A DNA stretch of 64,000 nucleotides from Nitrososphaerales archaeon (GCA_035622475.1 DASPVF010000045.1:1898-65897); one strand, 5' to 3'. Positions 28,087 to 36,675 are shown, counted from the first letter of the stretch. The notes: generated from the letters alone by a model not told the origin. Numbers and translations: made by a program.

Positions 28087-28256
28087 ACAGGTTAGTCTTC
28101 GCCTAGGCTCGGGCGAACAGAACAGAGTTTGTTGTAAGTCTATTGGAAGCAGGCCCCTTGAGATGCGCTTAGAAAAAGGGCCGAGTTGGAGTTGGCGGAA
28201 CCCATCTGAAGCCGAGTCCGAACTCTTAACTCCCTAGTCACCGAACTCGGCATAGC

Positions 28257-28883
28257 TTGAAGGTCTTAGTCTTCGGGGCGGCCGGCAGGACGGGCAGGAA
28301 CATCGTCGACCAAGCCCTGAATCGCGGATACCAGGTGACGGCCTTTATCCACAAGACACGCGGGATCGAAAAAGACGTCGAGAAGGGGCTGCAGGCCGTG
28401 CAGGGGGACGTGCTCAATTTTGGGGACGTGGAGCGTGCTGTTGCAGGTCACGACGCGGTCCTGAGCGCACTCGGCAGGGGTAGCTCCCGCCGACAGGTTA
28501 CGTTTCCTGGGACGAAGAACATCGTCGAAGCTATGGAGAAGCTGGGTGTCCGCAGGTTGATCGTGGAATCGGCGTTCGGGGCGGGCGAGAGCGCAAAGGA
28601 GATGTCGTTCCTGGACAGGTTCCTGGTCCGGGGCGTGCTGCTGAGAAGCTCCTTCAGGGACAAGGACATGATGGAGGGGTACGTGGAGAAGAGCGGCCTC
28701 GAGTGGACGATCGTCCGCCCACCTAGACTCACGGATGGGCCGCGCCGAGGTCGCTATCGAGCGGGAGAGCGTATCCCTCTCAACATCCGGTCGGGGATGT
28801 CGAGGGAGGACGCCGCCGACTTCATGCTCGAACAGGTCGAAGGCAAAGAGTTCATCAACAAGAAGCCCTCGGTCGGGTACTGA
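28257..28883 (+). CDS. NAD(P)H-binding protein (atypical SDR, flavin/biliverdin reductase-like)
   Basis: MKVLVFGAAGRTGRNIV glycine-rich loop. 208 aa. TTG start. Confidence 0.85.
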   Translation: MKVLVFGAAGRTGRNIVDQALNRGYQVTAFIHKTRGIEKDVEKGLQAVQGDVLNFGDVERAVAGHDAVLSALGRGSSRRQVTFPGTKNIVEAMEKLGVRRLIVESAFGAGESAKEMSFLDRFLVRGVLLRSSFRDKDMMEGYVEKSGLEWTIVRPPRLTDGPRRGRYRAGERIPLNIRSGMSREDAADFMLEQVEGKEFINKKPSVGY

Positions 28884-29166
28884 AGGCTCGTAGAGCGGTC
28901 GCACGTCATAGGACTTGCTCCTGAGTCACGAGTCCTCAGTAATCACAAGAGGAAACAACTCAAGACGGAGAAACATTCCTGCCCGAAACCGGTGGAGCGT
29001 TCCAACAGTTTGAATGAGTCTCTGTCAGCAAGCAGAGTTCTTTCTGAGCAAGTCAAACAAGGGCCAGGTGGGATGCGTTTAGAGAATTGTGCGAATCTAT
29101 AGTCAACAACCAGAAACCTCACCGATGAAGAAAGTACTTACGCTGCCTTAACGCGGGATACCGTCG

Positions 29167-29397
29167 ATGAGAAAGGCTTTCGTTCTGATTAACACTAACC
29201 CTGGCACAGACATTGCATTACAATCGGAACTTAAGAAAGTCGAAGGGATCGTCGGGGTCTATCAGGTCTACGGTGTCTTCGATATGGTGGTAGTTGTCGA
29301 AGCTGAATCGGAAGAGCAACTCAAGGACATAGTCTTCTCACGGATTCGCTCGCTGAAATATCTGAGGTCCACCCTCACGCTCAACGTAGTGTCCTGA
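29167..29397 (+). CDS. Lrp/AsnC ligand-binding (RAM) domain-only protein
   Basis: 76 aa. AFVLINTNPG...VEGIVGVYQVYGVFDMVVVVEAES matches the stand-alone AsnC_trans_reg fold pattern. No HTH. Confidence 0.8.
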   Translation: MRKAFVLINTNPGTDIALQSELKKVEGIVGVYQVYGVFDMVVVVEAESEEQLKDIVFSRIRSLKYLRSTLTLNVVS

Positions 29398-29535
29398 TCG
29401 GGGGTTTGTCCATCAAGGCATGCGCGAGATCACGAACCTGCCTTTCCTAGTGACTAAGGTCGGTTCACCGCCCCCTTTGGCCTGCAAGCTTTTCCCCGTA
29501 TTCACTTTTAACTTCGGCTGGGCCACCCACCGTCC

Positions 29536-29928
29536 ATGCGCTCGGTAACGCGAGACTACGTGGGGAAGGGGTGCAACCTTGAGTTGCTCGCAGATTCCAT
29601 AGATGAGGACTTCCAAGCCAGGAAGTATCAGACTCAGAACGCTCAGAAGGACAACGGATGGGTCGTACAGGCCAAGAGGGAGGGGCTTCTGCGTGAGCTG
29701 TTGGCCGCCGACAGGGCTTTCACCATAACCGTGGTCGGTGAACCGAACAACTTCAAGGTCTCGTTCGGGATCGGGAAGTGGGTTCAGAATCTCGGGATGG
29801 CGGTTCTGGAGGGGGTTCTGATCTGGCCCGTCATCTTCTTCGCCGAAGTCCCGATTGCACTGTGGAGCTACGAGATAGAGAAGGAGTTCTGGGCATTCGT
29901 TGAGAAGGAAGTCGAGATGAAGGTCTGA
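29536..29928 (+). CDS. hypothetical protein with a C-terminal membrane segment
   Basis: 130 aa. TATA-like ACTTTTAAC at 29504-29512. An in-frame TAA lies 9 codons upstream of the ATG. Confidence 0.5.
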   Translation: MRSVTRDYVGKGCNLELLADSIDEDFQARKYQTQNAQKDNGWVVQAKREGLLRELLAADRAFTITVVGEPNNFKVSFGIGKWVQNLGMAVLEGVLIWPVIFFAEVPIALWSYEIEKEFWAFVEKEVEMKV

Positions 29929-29944
29929 CCGGCCGGCCTTCGAA

Positions 29945-29986
29945 ACCGACCGGTCGGTCGCAATGCTTATAAACCGACTAGTCGGT
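29945..29986. promoter_or_regulatory. promoter with two 14-bp perfect palindromes flanking a TATA box (candidate TetR operators)
   Basis: ACCGACCGGTCGGT (29945-29958) and ACCGACTAGTCGGT (29973-29986) flank GCTTATAAA (29965-29973). The ATG of the downstream operon is at 29997. Confidence 0.6.
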
Positions 29987-29996
29987 CCTTTTTCCT

Positions 29997-30386
29997 ATGT
30001 CCTCTGGCTTTGGTCCAGGCTTCCAAGATGCGAGGTCGGTGTTATACCGCACCGAGTACTTCGCGATCAGCTTCGTGATTTTCGGATATCTTTTGTGGAG
30101 GTCGCTCTACGTTGGGGGGGTCGACTGGCTCCAGGTAATCTTCTGGGTAGTGTTCCCGGATCTGGTTTCGTTCATTGCGATTGGGTTGTCTTCGAGGAGG
30201 AGGGAGTGGCCTTCATGGGGTCCGAGCGTGTACAACTCCTTCCATACGATTTTGGTCTGGGGAGCGGCCTTCGGAGTCTCATGGGCAGCGTTTGGGGTTG
30301 TCTACTGGCCCCTGTTCGGCTGGCTGGGCCACATTACTGTGGACAGGGCCTCTGGTTACGCCCTCAGGGCGAACATCGCGAAGTGA
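29997..30386 (+). CDS. small integral membrane protein (DUF4260-like)
   Basis: 129 aa with 4 hydrophobic spans and a C-terminal GHITVDRASGYALR motif. The stop TGA overlaps the TetR ATG. Confidence 0.6.
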   Translation: MSSGFGPGFQDARSVLYRTEYFAISFVIFGYLLWRSLYVGGVDWLQVIFWVVFPDLVSFIAIGLSSRRREWPSWGPSVYNSFHTILVWGAAFGVSWAAFGVVYWPLFGWLGHITVDRASGYALRANIAK

Positions 30387-31009
30387 TGTCGATGTCTCCC
30401 AAAGTCTCTCAGCAATACAAGCAAGAAGTCAGAGACAAGATCTTAGAGGCTGCGGAAACCCTGTTCTCAAAGAAGGGATACTACGATACATCGATGGACG
30501 AAATCGTCGCGGAGAGCGGATTGAGCAAGGGCGCCATATACGGCTACTTCGAGAGCAAAGAGGAACTATTCGTAGCGCTCCAGGAAAGACAACTTGAGGC
30601 TTCCCTGGAGCAACTGAAGTCGACCTTCTCACCAGGAGACTCGGCGAGAACCAAGCTGGAGAAAATCGTGGATGTCGCCTTCACCACCATTATTGGAACT
30701 TCGAAAAGAGCCTGCAGAATCAACCTCGAGTTCGACGTTGCAGCTCCCAGGATCAAGCCTGTCCAAAGCAGGCGAGACAAACGCTTCAGGGCGACACACG
30801 TCTTTCTAGCCGACATCATTAGAGAAGGCGTTAACAAAGGAGAGTTCAGGCGCGATGTCAATCCGGATTCGACAGCCATGGTCCTGCTGGCCACCGCGGA
30901 CGGCCTCTCTCTCGACTGGGCCACCACGAGTCTGGACTTCGATTGGAAGCTACTGGCTGACCAGGTCAAGAAGCTGGTAACTGAGGGACTGCTTGCGAGT
31001 CCAAATTAG
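30386..31009 (+). CDS. TetR/AcrR family transcriptional regulator
   Basis: N-terminal HTH ILEAAETLFSKKGYYDTSMDEIVAESGLSKGAIYGYFESKEELF. ATG 30386 lies inside the 348-aa ORF, whose 5' part overlaps the membrane gene in another frame. Confidence 0.9.
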   Translation: MSMSPKVSQQYKQEVRDKILEAAETLFSKKGYYDTSMDEIVAESGLSKGAIYGYFESKEELFVALQERQLEASLEQLKSTFSPGDSARTKLEKIVDVAFTTIIGTSKRACRINLEFDVAAPRIKPVQSRRDKRFRATHVFLADIIREGVNKGEFRRDVNPDSTAMVLLATADGLSLDWATTSLDFDWKLLADQVKKLVTEGLLASPN

Positions 31010-31109
31010 GCTATTTCCACTACGTTAGAAAGGTGCGCTTCCTTAACGCGTCGTTTCGAAATCTAATAGATGGCAGAGGCGCGAGCATCTTATTTGCCGT
31101 CGGTCGTAG

Positions 31110-31496
31110 GTGCCAACTGTGGCCAAGCACAAAGCCTACCCATATGTTACGCGGCTGAACATCCTGTACAAGCCTCTCGAGCTTGTAGACGAGAAGGCCC
31201 TCGCTGACGCGTGCAAATACAAGTGGTACAACCAGACGCTCTGCAGGGTCAACGACTCGGTCGTACGCCTCGGAGTGTTCGAGGGGGAGTACCACTGGCA
31301 CCATCACGATAAAGACGATGAATTCTTCTATGTCGTAGAAGGCAGACTCTTCATTGACCTACGCGGCCGCACCGTTGAGCTGGCACCTCGCCAGGGGATG
31401 GTCGTCCCCAGAGGCACCGAGCACCGCACCAGGGCACCTAAGCGGACGGTGGCTCTTATGGTGGAGACTGCGGCGATAGTTCCTACAGGAGACTGA
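31110..31496 (+). CDS. cupin domain protein
   Basis: GEYHWHHHDKDDEFFYVVEG...VVPRGTEHR gives the two cupin motifs. Confidence 0.8.
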   Translation: MPTVAKHKAYPYVTRLNILYKPLELVDEKALADACKYKWYNQTLCRVNDSVVRLGVFEGEYHWHHHDKDDEFFYVVEGRLFIDLRGRTVELAPRQGMVVPRGTEHRTRAPKRTVALMVETAAIVPTGD

Positions 31497-31594
31497 AGCG
31501 TCACCCGCTCTGTCGTTCAACACCTGCTCGTATCGTCAAACTTAGCTCAACGAGTCCAAAGACGTGAGTGGTCGGTCGGCAATGCACGTGGGAG

Positions 31595-33025
31595 TCAGAG
31601 GTCTTCTCTCTTGGCTATCCAACCCCCTGAAGTGTTCAGAAGCCGCCTGAGGATTTCCAGGGTGTATGCTCCCGCCGCGATGAAGAGGATCGATGCGAGA
31701 ATGGGGGGCGGGACGGGAATGTACCCCGAAACCTCAGCCCCGGCTAGAACCAGACCCATTATCGGCGCAGTGAGGACAAGGTTGAACACCGTCTGGAAGA
31801 GGAAGCGCTTGACGTCGGTAAGCTGCTGAGACTGGGACGAGAGTATGTCGTCCGTGGTGCTCTGACCATATCGGGCGGCGAAGTACATCCCGCCCCCCAT
31901 CATGACCGACGCAACCTCGAGGGCCGCGGGGAGGGCGAGTAGAACGCCGTAGGAGTTCGTCTGGCCGATCTGTCCGACCACCAATGGGATGCCCACAGCC
32001 ACGGTCACGGGGGTGAGGAAGAACAGCAGCGGGGTGACTCGCGCCAGATAGACCTCTCTGACGTACCTCCTGACATCGATGGCAGACGTCCTGATGATCC
32101 AGAGCCGTTCCTTCTCCAGCCAGCCGCTTGCGCTACCAGAGCCGAAGGACCCTACGAGGAATAGTATGAAAAGAAACGAGGTGGGGGAAGACTGGAAGAC
32201 CCCGGCCAGGGAGTAGATGACCATGAAGGTGGAGAGGAAAAGGGAACTGACAAGCAAGCCCCGGCGCTCCTTGCTTCTCCTCATCACCACCGACTCCTTC
32301 TCCCTGACGACTGCCCACACTGACCTCCCCGATGTCTGGAGCAGTTTCTTCGGCGGGCCTCCGGGCTGGGCCGATGAGTCAGCGTCGTAGACCGTCACGA
32401 CCTCGTAGAAGTGGCCCCGAGAGAGTCTGATGCCAAGGAACAGGGAGGCGCTGAACCAGACGAACAGGCCTAGGGCGTCCGCGACCCGTCCGAGGCTCCA
32501 GGGGGCGCCGGTAACCAGGCCGACGCTCAGGTCGGCTGCAAGGCCGCTGGGGAGGAGCTGGCTGATTGGTGTGAGGTATCTGGGGACGCTCGGGACGAGG
32601 AGCACCACTGGGACGAAGGCTACCACCGCCACACCGATTATGAGCACGTTCCTGATGACCTTCAGCTTCGGGCCGAGGCCGGAGCTAAGCGACAAGGTGA
32701 CATCGGCGCTAAGGACTAGGGCCGTGAGTATGAAGAGAAGGGTCGTGAGGCCGGCGGGGAGAGCCGTCCAGAGCGAAGCTCCGTAGTTCCTGGCCAGTAT
32801 GATGTAGAGAAAGACGAGGGGCGGGAAGGAGAAGAGCAGGGTGGTGAGCGAGTTGAGGAGAATCTTCGCACCGAATATCTCCCTGGGTCTCACGGGGGAC
32901 GTGAAGACGTAGTCTACGTCAGCGGAGACGATCGGAAGGCCACTCCCGCTGAATCCCCCCTGCAGGAGGCCCACAAGGACGAAGGCAAGAATCAGAGAGA
33001 GGGCGTAGGTGGAGAACTGTCCCAC
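31595..33025 (-). CDS. polytopic ABC exporter permease (putative-ABC-exporter type); true 5' end probably near 33220
   Basis: At least 12 hydrophobic spans, directly downstream of an ABC ATPase. The frame stays open and hydrophobic for 65 more codons upstream of GTG 33025, without any ATG/GTG/TTG (see findings). Confidence 0.75.
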   Translation of the reverse strand: MGQFSTYALSLILAFVLVGLLQGGFSGSGLPIVSADVDYVFTSPVRPREIFGAKILLNSLTTLLFSFPPLVFLYIILARNYGASLWTALPAGLTTLLFILTALVLSADVTLSLSSGLGPKLKVIRNVLIIGVAVVAFVPVVLLVPSVPRYLTPISQLLPSGLAADLSVGLVTGAPWSLGRVADALGLFVWFSASLFLGIRLSRGHFYEVVTVYDADSSAQPGGPPKKLLQTSGRSVWAVVREKESVVMRRSKERRGLLVSSLFLSTFMVIYSLAGVFQSSPTSFLFILFLVGSFGSGSASGWLEKERLWIIRTSAIDVRRYVREVYLARVTPLLFFLTPVTVAVGIPLVVGQIGQTNSYGVLLALPAALEVASVMMGGGMYFAARYGQSTTDDILSSQSQQLTDVKRFLFQTVFNLVLTAPIMGLVLAGAEVSGYIPVPPPILASILFIAAGAYTLEILRRLLNTSGGWIAKREDL

Positions 33026-33221
33026 GGGGCCCCCTGCAGCAAACCTGTTGGCGAAGGCGAAGACTGTCTGGGTCCCGAAGGCGATGAGGACTATGGCGAA
33101 GGTCTCGCCGAAGAGGAGCCAGAGGGCGGCGGCCCTGGAGAGCCGGCCCTTGAGCCAGTATCTCGACAGCAGGAAGACGTTGCGCCAGCTTGCGAAGAAC
33201 CCCGAGGAACCGTCTTTCAGC

Positions 33222-33956
33222 CTAGGTCTCCTCGGTCAGTTTTAGAAATACCTCGTCCAGCCTTGCGTCCATTCTGGTCTGGGCGAGCCTGCGAAGGTCT
33301 TCGAGGCCCCCGGTGGCGATGAGGCTCCCCCTGTCTATGATCACGATTCTTGTGGCGTAGTCTTGGACGATTTCGAGATTGTGTGTGGAGAGAAGCACCG
33401 TCTTACCCCCGGCGCCCTGGGACCTGATCCAGCCGTGCACGAAGGCCTGGGTCTTGGGGTCTAGGGCGGTGAGAGGCTCGTCCAGGATGAGGACGTCTGG
33501 GTCGTGGAGAGTAGCCGCAATGAGGGCCACCTTCTGCTTCATCCCCTTGGACAGGCTGCCGAGGAGGGCGTCTGCCTTGTCGGTCAACGAGAAGGTGCGG
33601 AGGGACTCGGAGACTCGTTCTTCGAGGACCCTGTCCTCAACTCGGCGTATCTTGCCTACGAACCGGAGGAACTCCCCCGCCGTAAGGGCGGTGTAGAGCG
33701 CAGGGTTCTCCGGGACGTATCCGATGAGCTCCTTGGCAGACTCGGGGTCCTGGACGATGTCGTGCCCGCTGACCCTGACAGTGCCGCTGGTGGGCCTGAG
33801 GATCCCCACGGCGATCTTCATGAGAGTGCTCTTGCCCGCCCCGTTGGGACCGATGAGCCCGACGATCTCCCCTGGATTCACAGTGAACGAGACGTTGTTC
33901 AGGGCGACCAGACCATCGAATTTCTTTGTCAGTGACTGGACCGAGATATCCCCCAT
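33222..33956 (-). CDS. ABC transporter ATP-binding protein (ABC-2/exporter type)
   Basis: Walker A GPNGAGKST, signature LSKGMKQK, Walker B LILDEPLTALD. 244 aa. Confidence 0.9.
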   Translation of the reverse strand: MGDISVQSLTKKFDGLVALNNVSFTVNPGEIVGLIGPNGAGKSTLMKIAVGILRPTSGTVRVSGHDIVQDPESAKELIGYVPENPALYTALTAGEFLRFVGKIRRVEDRVLEERVSESLRTFSLTDKADALLGSLSKGMKQKVALIAATLHDPDVLILDEPLTALDPKTQAFVHGWIRSQGAGGKTVLLSTHNLEIVQDYATRIVIIDRGSLIATGGLEDLRRLAQTRMDARLDEVFLKLTEET

Positions 33957-34287
33957 GGATGCAGCTTCCTGGATGGGAGGAGACCTTTTTCGAGTTGCCT
34001 ATGAACTCACCGAGAAGGATCACCAGTAACAAGATTTGTATCGCCAATGACACCTTCGCTCTCTTCACTTTTCCCTAATCGAATAAACCAGAGGAGCCCC
34101 TCGTCATGATGTACGTGGGCGAGGTCACGGACCTGCCGTTCCCTAGGCTCTTAGGCTTAAATAACTCGAAAAGGAATTTGGTCCACGTTGCGAGTGACGG
34201 GTACTGCTTCGAGATACGCCCCCGATGGGGGGTTTCAAGCAGGAATAGAGAATCCCCAGTGCCGCAGTTCAGCCTAGAGGTACGATT

Positions 34288-34980
34288 ATGAAAACGCGCC
34301 CAGCAATAGCAACCATAGTGTTGGTCATTGTGGTGATCGTCGTCATAGCTGCCGCCGGGGTCGCCTACGCCTTCGTCTTCGCAAGCCCCAGCACCCCCGG
34401 AGCCAAAACGACCACCACCACCTCCACGTTGATTATCGGAACGTCGTCGTCCAACCTGCCGACCACCACCGTGACCGTCGGCAGCTCGACAACAGGCACC
34501 CAGAGCTACGAGGATTTCAGTGGGAACTACACATTTACCATTCCGCTGGGTCCCTCAGGGATTAACGACAGCACCGGGAAGCCGATCCAATGGAACTCCA
34601 CCCAGACCGCGACGGGATCGTTCACGTTCTCGATCAATCCGTCCACCTACCTCGGCAGCGGGAGCGGCCAGGGGAGCATCACGGTGACGACGCGCGGTTA
34701 CTGCACGGGGAGTAGCACTGTCCAGTACACTTTCGGAATTGAAGCTCAACACATCCCGGGAACGAACAACGTCTCCATCGGATTCAATCTCCCCACGCCC
34801 CCCACCGTCATGGTACAGCTGGCGTGCCAGGGGTCCACCGCGGGCTTTAACACGGCGAACAACCCGGTGTCATATCTCAGCGTCTATCCGAACGGCCTCG
34901 ACCTGAACTCGTTCCCAGCGAACGTGTCCCAGGCGCCGTCCAGCGGGTACAGCTACACGGTTTCCATAAGCGAGACCTAG
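34288..34980 (+). CDS. membrane-anchored/secreted Thr-rich protein, unknown function
   Basis: N-terminal TM (IATIVLVIVVIVVIAAAGVAYAFVF), a Thr-rich linker, and a beta-rich S/T/G body containing ATGSFTFS and GSGQGSIT. Confidence 0.55.
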   Translation: MKTRPAIATIVLVIVVIVVIAAAGVAYAFVFASPSTPGAKTTTTTSTLIIGTSSSNLPTTTVTVGSSTTGTQSYEDFSGNYTFTIPLGPSGINDSTGKPIQWNSTQTATGSFTFSINPSTYLGSGSGQGSITVTTRGYCTGSSTVQYTFGIEAQHIPGTNNVSIGFNLPTPPTVMVQLACQGSTAGFNTANNPVSYLSVYPNGLDLNSFPANVSQAPSSGYSYTVSISET

Positions 34981-35079
34981 CAAGCCCTTGGCGACGCTGG
35001 CAAAAGAGAGAGAGCGATTAGGCTAGCGCATCCAAGAGATACGAGCCTGGAAACGACTCGCCCATAACTCGGTCAAGAC

Positions 35080-35715
35080 CTAGTGAACCACGGCCTGTTG
35101 TTTTTCCACTTCGGCTCGGCTACTCGAAGCGAGGTATGGTTCGAGCCGCTTTTCCAATTCGTGGCGTGGTTTGTGATAGAGCTCTTCTGCGTCTAGCCGG
35201 GTGACAGGCGCACGCTGGTATCTCGCGATAAACTTCGTGAAGGCTTTGTTGACTCCGTCTAGGTACTCAAAAGTCATCGTTTCTTCGTAGCGACGGCGGC
35301 GGTTCCTCACTCTCTCCATGAGAAATTCAGTGCTGGCGCTCAAAAAGAAGACGCACGTCGGGGCGGGGACTCTCTCCTGAAGTGATTTGAAGAGCGGAAG
35401 GAAAATCTTTCTGTCATCCGGTGAAAGCGTGAAACTGGTGTAAGCTTCGATGCCATCGAAGAACAGATCGCTCACGACATTCCCGCTGAACCGTCCTCCT
35501 CTCATGACTTTTGCGATGTCATGATAGTGCATTATGGTGAATATGAGCTCAGTCTCTAGGGCATAGGCCTCCGGATCCCTGTAGAAGTCTGCTATCAGGG
35601 GATGTTTGGCGACCTTCTCTAAGATCATCTCAGCCTTCAGGCGTGCCGAAAGCAGGCGGGCGAGAGTCGTCTTGCCCGAAGCTAGCGGTCCACCGAAGAC
35701 GATGTATTGCTGCAC
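35080..35715 (-). CDS. deoxynucleoside kinase family protein
   Basis: P-loop FGGPLASGKTTLARLL, then ADFYRDPEAYALETELIF, consistent with the dNK/dCK/dGK family. Confidence 0.7.
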   Translation of the reverse strand: MQQYIVFGGPLASGKTTLARLLSARLKAEMILEKVAKHPLIADFYRDPEAYALETELIFTIMHYHDIAKVMRGGRFSGNVVSDLFFDGIEAYTSFTLSPDDRKIFLPLFKSLQERVPAPTCVFFLSASTEFLMERVRNRRRRYEETMTFEYLDGVNKAFTKFIARYQRAPVTRLDAEELYHKPRHELEKRLEPYLASSSRAEVEKQQAVVH

Positions 35716-35775
35716 TATCGCCTTCGGTTCTGGCCCTGCCGGTGTCTTAACTGTGTCTGGCCTGAGCCTCCCCAG

Positions 35776-36099
35776 CTAACTCGACTTGATTCTTCGTTTA
35801 CCCACTGTCCTGCGTCTCGACTCGGCGGCGAACTCGAGCAGCAGGTCGTCGAGCGCCTTCTTGAACTCCTCCCTGTCACTCATGACCTTCAGAACGTCAG
35901 TTGTGACCCGCGCGCCCATCTTCGAGAGGAAGTCGTCATGAAACCTGGGGTCCCCCTCTCCCATCGTTATGATCCTGTTCACTCCTTCGAGCATCCTGAG
36001 CGGGCCGTAGATCAGCGGCTCGTCCACGCAGTCTCTGGCGCTCGCCACGAGGTAGGTCGCCAGGTCGAAGACGTCGTAGTCGGGTTTACGCCTGGCCAT
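35776..36099 (-). CDS. hypothetical protein
   Basis: 107 aa, helical and acidic. The start overlaps the nitroreductase gene end by 14 nt, giving an operon-like arrangement. Confidence 0.5.
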   Translation of the reverse strand: MARRKPDYDVFDLATYLVASARDCVDEPLIYGPLRMLEGVNRIITMGEGDPRFHDDFLSKMGARVTTDVLKVMSDREEFKKALDDLLLEFAAESRRRTVGKRRIKSS

Positions 36100-36625
36100 C
36101 CCACTTCATCCCGAAGGCATCGTGGTGCACCGTAGGCTTCGAGCCCTTCATCGGGGGCGGCCTGTCCTTGCTCTTATATCCGATTCCCACGATGATGTCT
36201 ATCCTATACCTCTCTGGGATCCCTAGCACCTTCTTCGCCGCCTCGGTGGTCGCCGACCTAACAAAAGACACTCCGAGCCCGAGCTCCTCGGCTTTCAGCG
36301 CCACGTTCTCCGCCGCGGCCCCTGTGTCCAGCAGCGAGAGGACGTCGCGTCCCTGGACTCCCATCACGTCTAGCGCCTTTGACAGGTCTGTGCAGATGAC
36401 GAGTGCCGCTGGTGCGTTGGCGAGGAAGCTCGGCGTGACGCCTCTCAGGAGCTTCACGTACTTCGGATCGTCGACGATGATGTACTCCCTGACGGGCATG
36501 TTGCCGCCCTGTGGGGCTCTGGCCGCCGCGTTGACCAGCTCCTCCAGCTTGTCCCTCTCTACCGGTGCGGGATCGAAGTTGCGGCACATCGACCTCCTCC
36601 TCAGCGCTTCTGACAGCTCCATCAA
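36086..36625 (-). CDS. nitroreductase family protein
   Basis: LSEALRRRSMCRNFDPAPVERDKLEELVNAAARAPQGGN is the classic nitroreductase N-terminus. 179 aa. Confidence 0.85.
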   Translation of the reverse strand: MMELSEALRRRSMCRNFDPAPVERDKLEELVNAAARAPQGGNMPVREYIIVDDPKYVKLLRGVTPSFLANAPAALVICTDLSKALDVMGVQGRDVLSLLDTGAAAENVALKAEELGLGVSFVRSATTEAAKKVLGIPERYRIDIIVGIGYKSKDRPPPMKGSKPTVHHDAFGMKWDGQA

Positions 36626-36675
36626 TGGTCCACCCTGACTAATGCTGCGCTGGCGTCAGCAAGTTCCGTCGTTGG

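Noticed and set aside
28266-28904. 212-aa ORF on the minus strand
   Set aside because: It is antisense to the NAD(P)H-binding reductase gene, which has a clear glycine-rich loop. The composition is Arg/Pro-rich.
29963-30385. 5' 141 codons of the 348-aa ORF 29963-31009
   Set aside because: This part is Arg/Gly/Leu-rich and overlaps a better membrane-protein ORF (29997-30386) in another frame. The TetR HTH begins right after the internal ATG at 30386, and the promoter/operator sits at 29945-29986.
33218-33224. Programmed +1 frameshift fusing the ATPase to the permease (and likewise at 46370-46380)
   Set aside because: No slippery or shift-prone motif is evident at either junction. The downstream N-termini look like independent protein starts. 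It is kept only as an alternative explanation within the start-codon findings.
33957-34068. GVG-start ORF encoding a TM-like peptide (MKRAKVSLAIQILLLVILLGEFIG...) just upstream of the ABC exporter ATPase
   Set aside because: The frame runs on for more than 100 codons through the ATPase gene in a different frame without a stop. It cannot be a discrete small protein as written and is likely chance hydrophobic coding in a promoter region.
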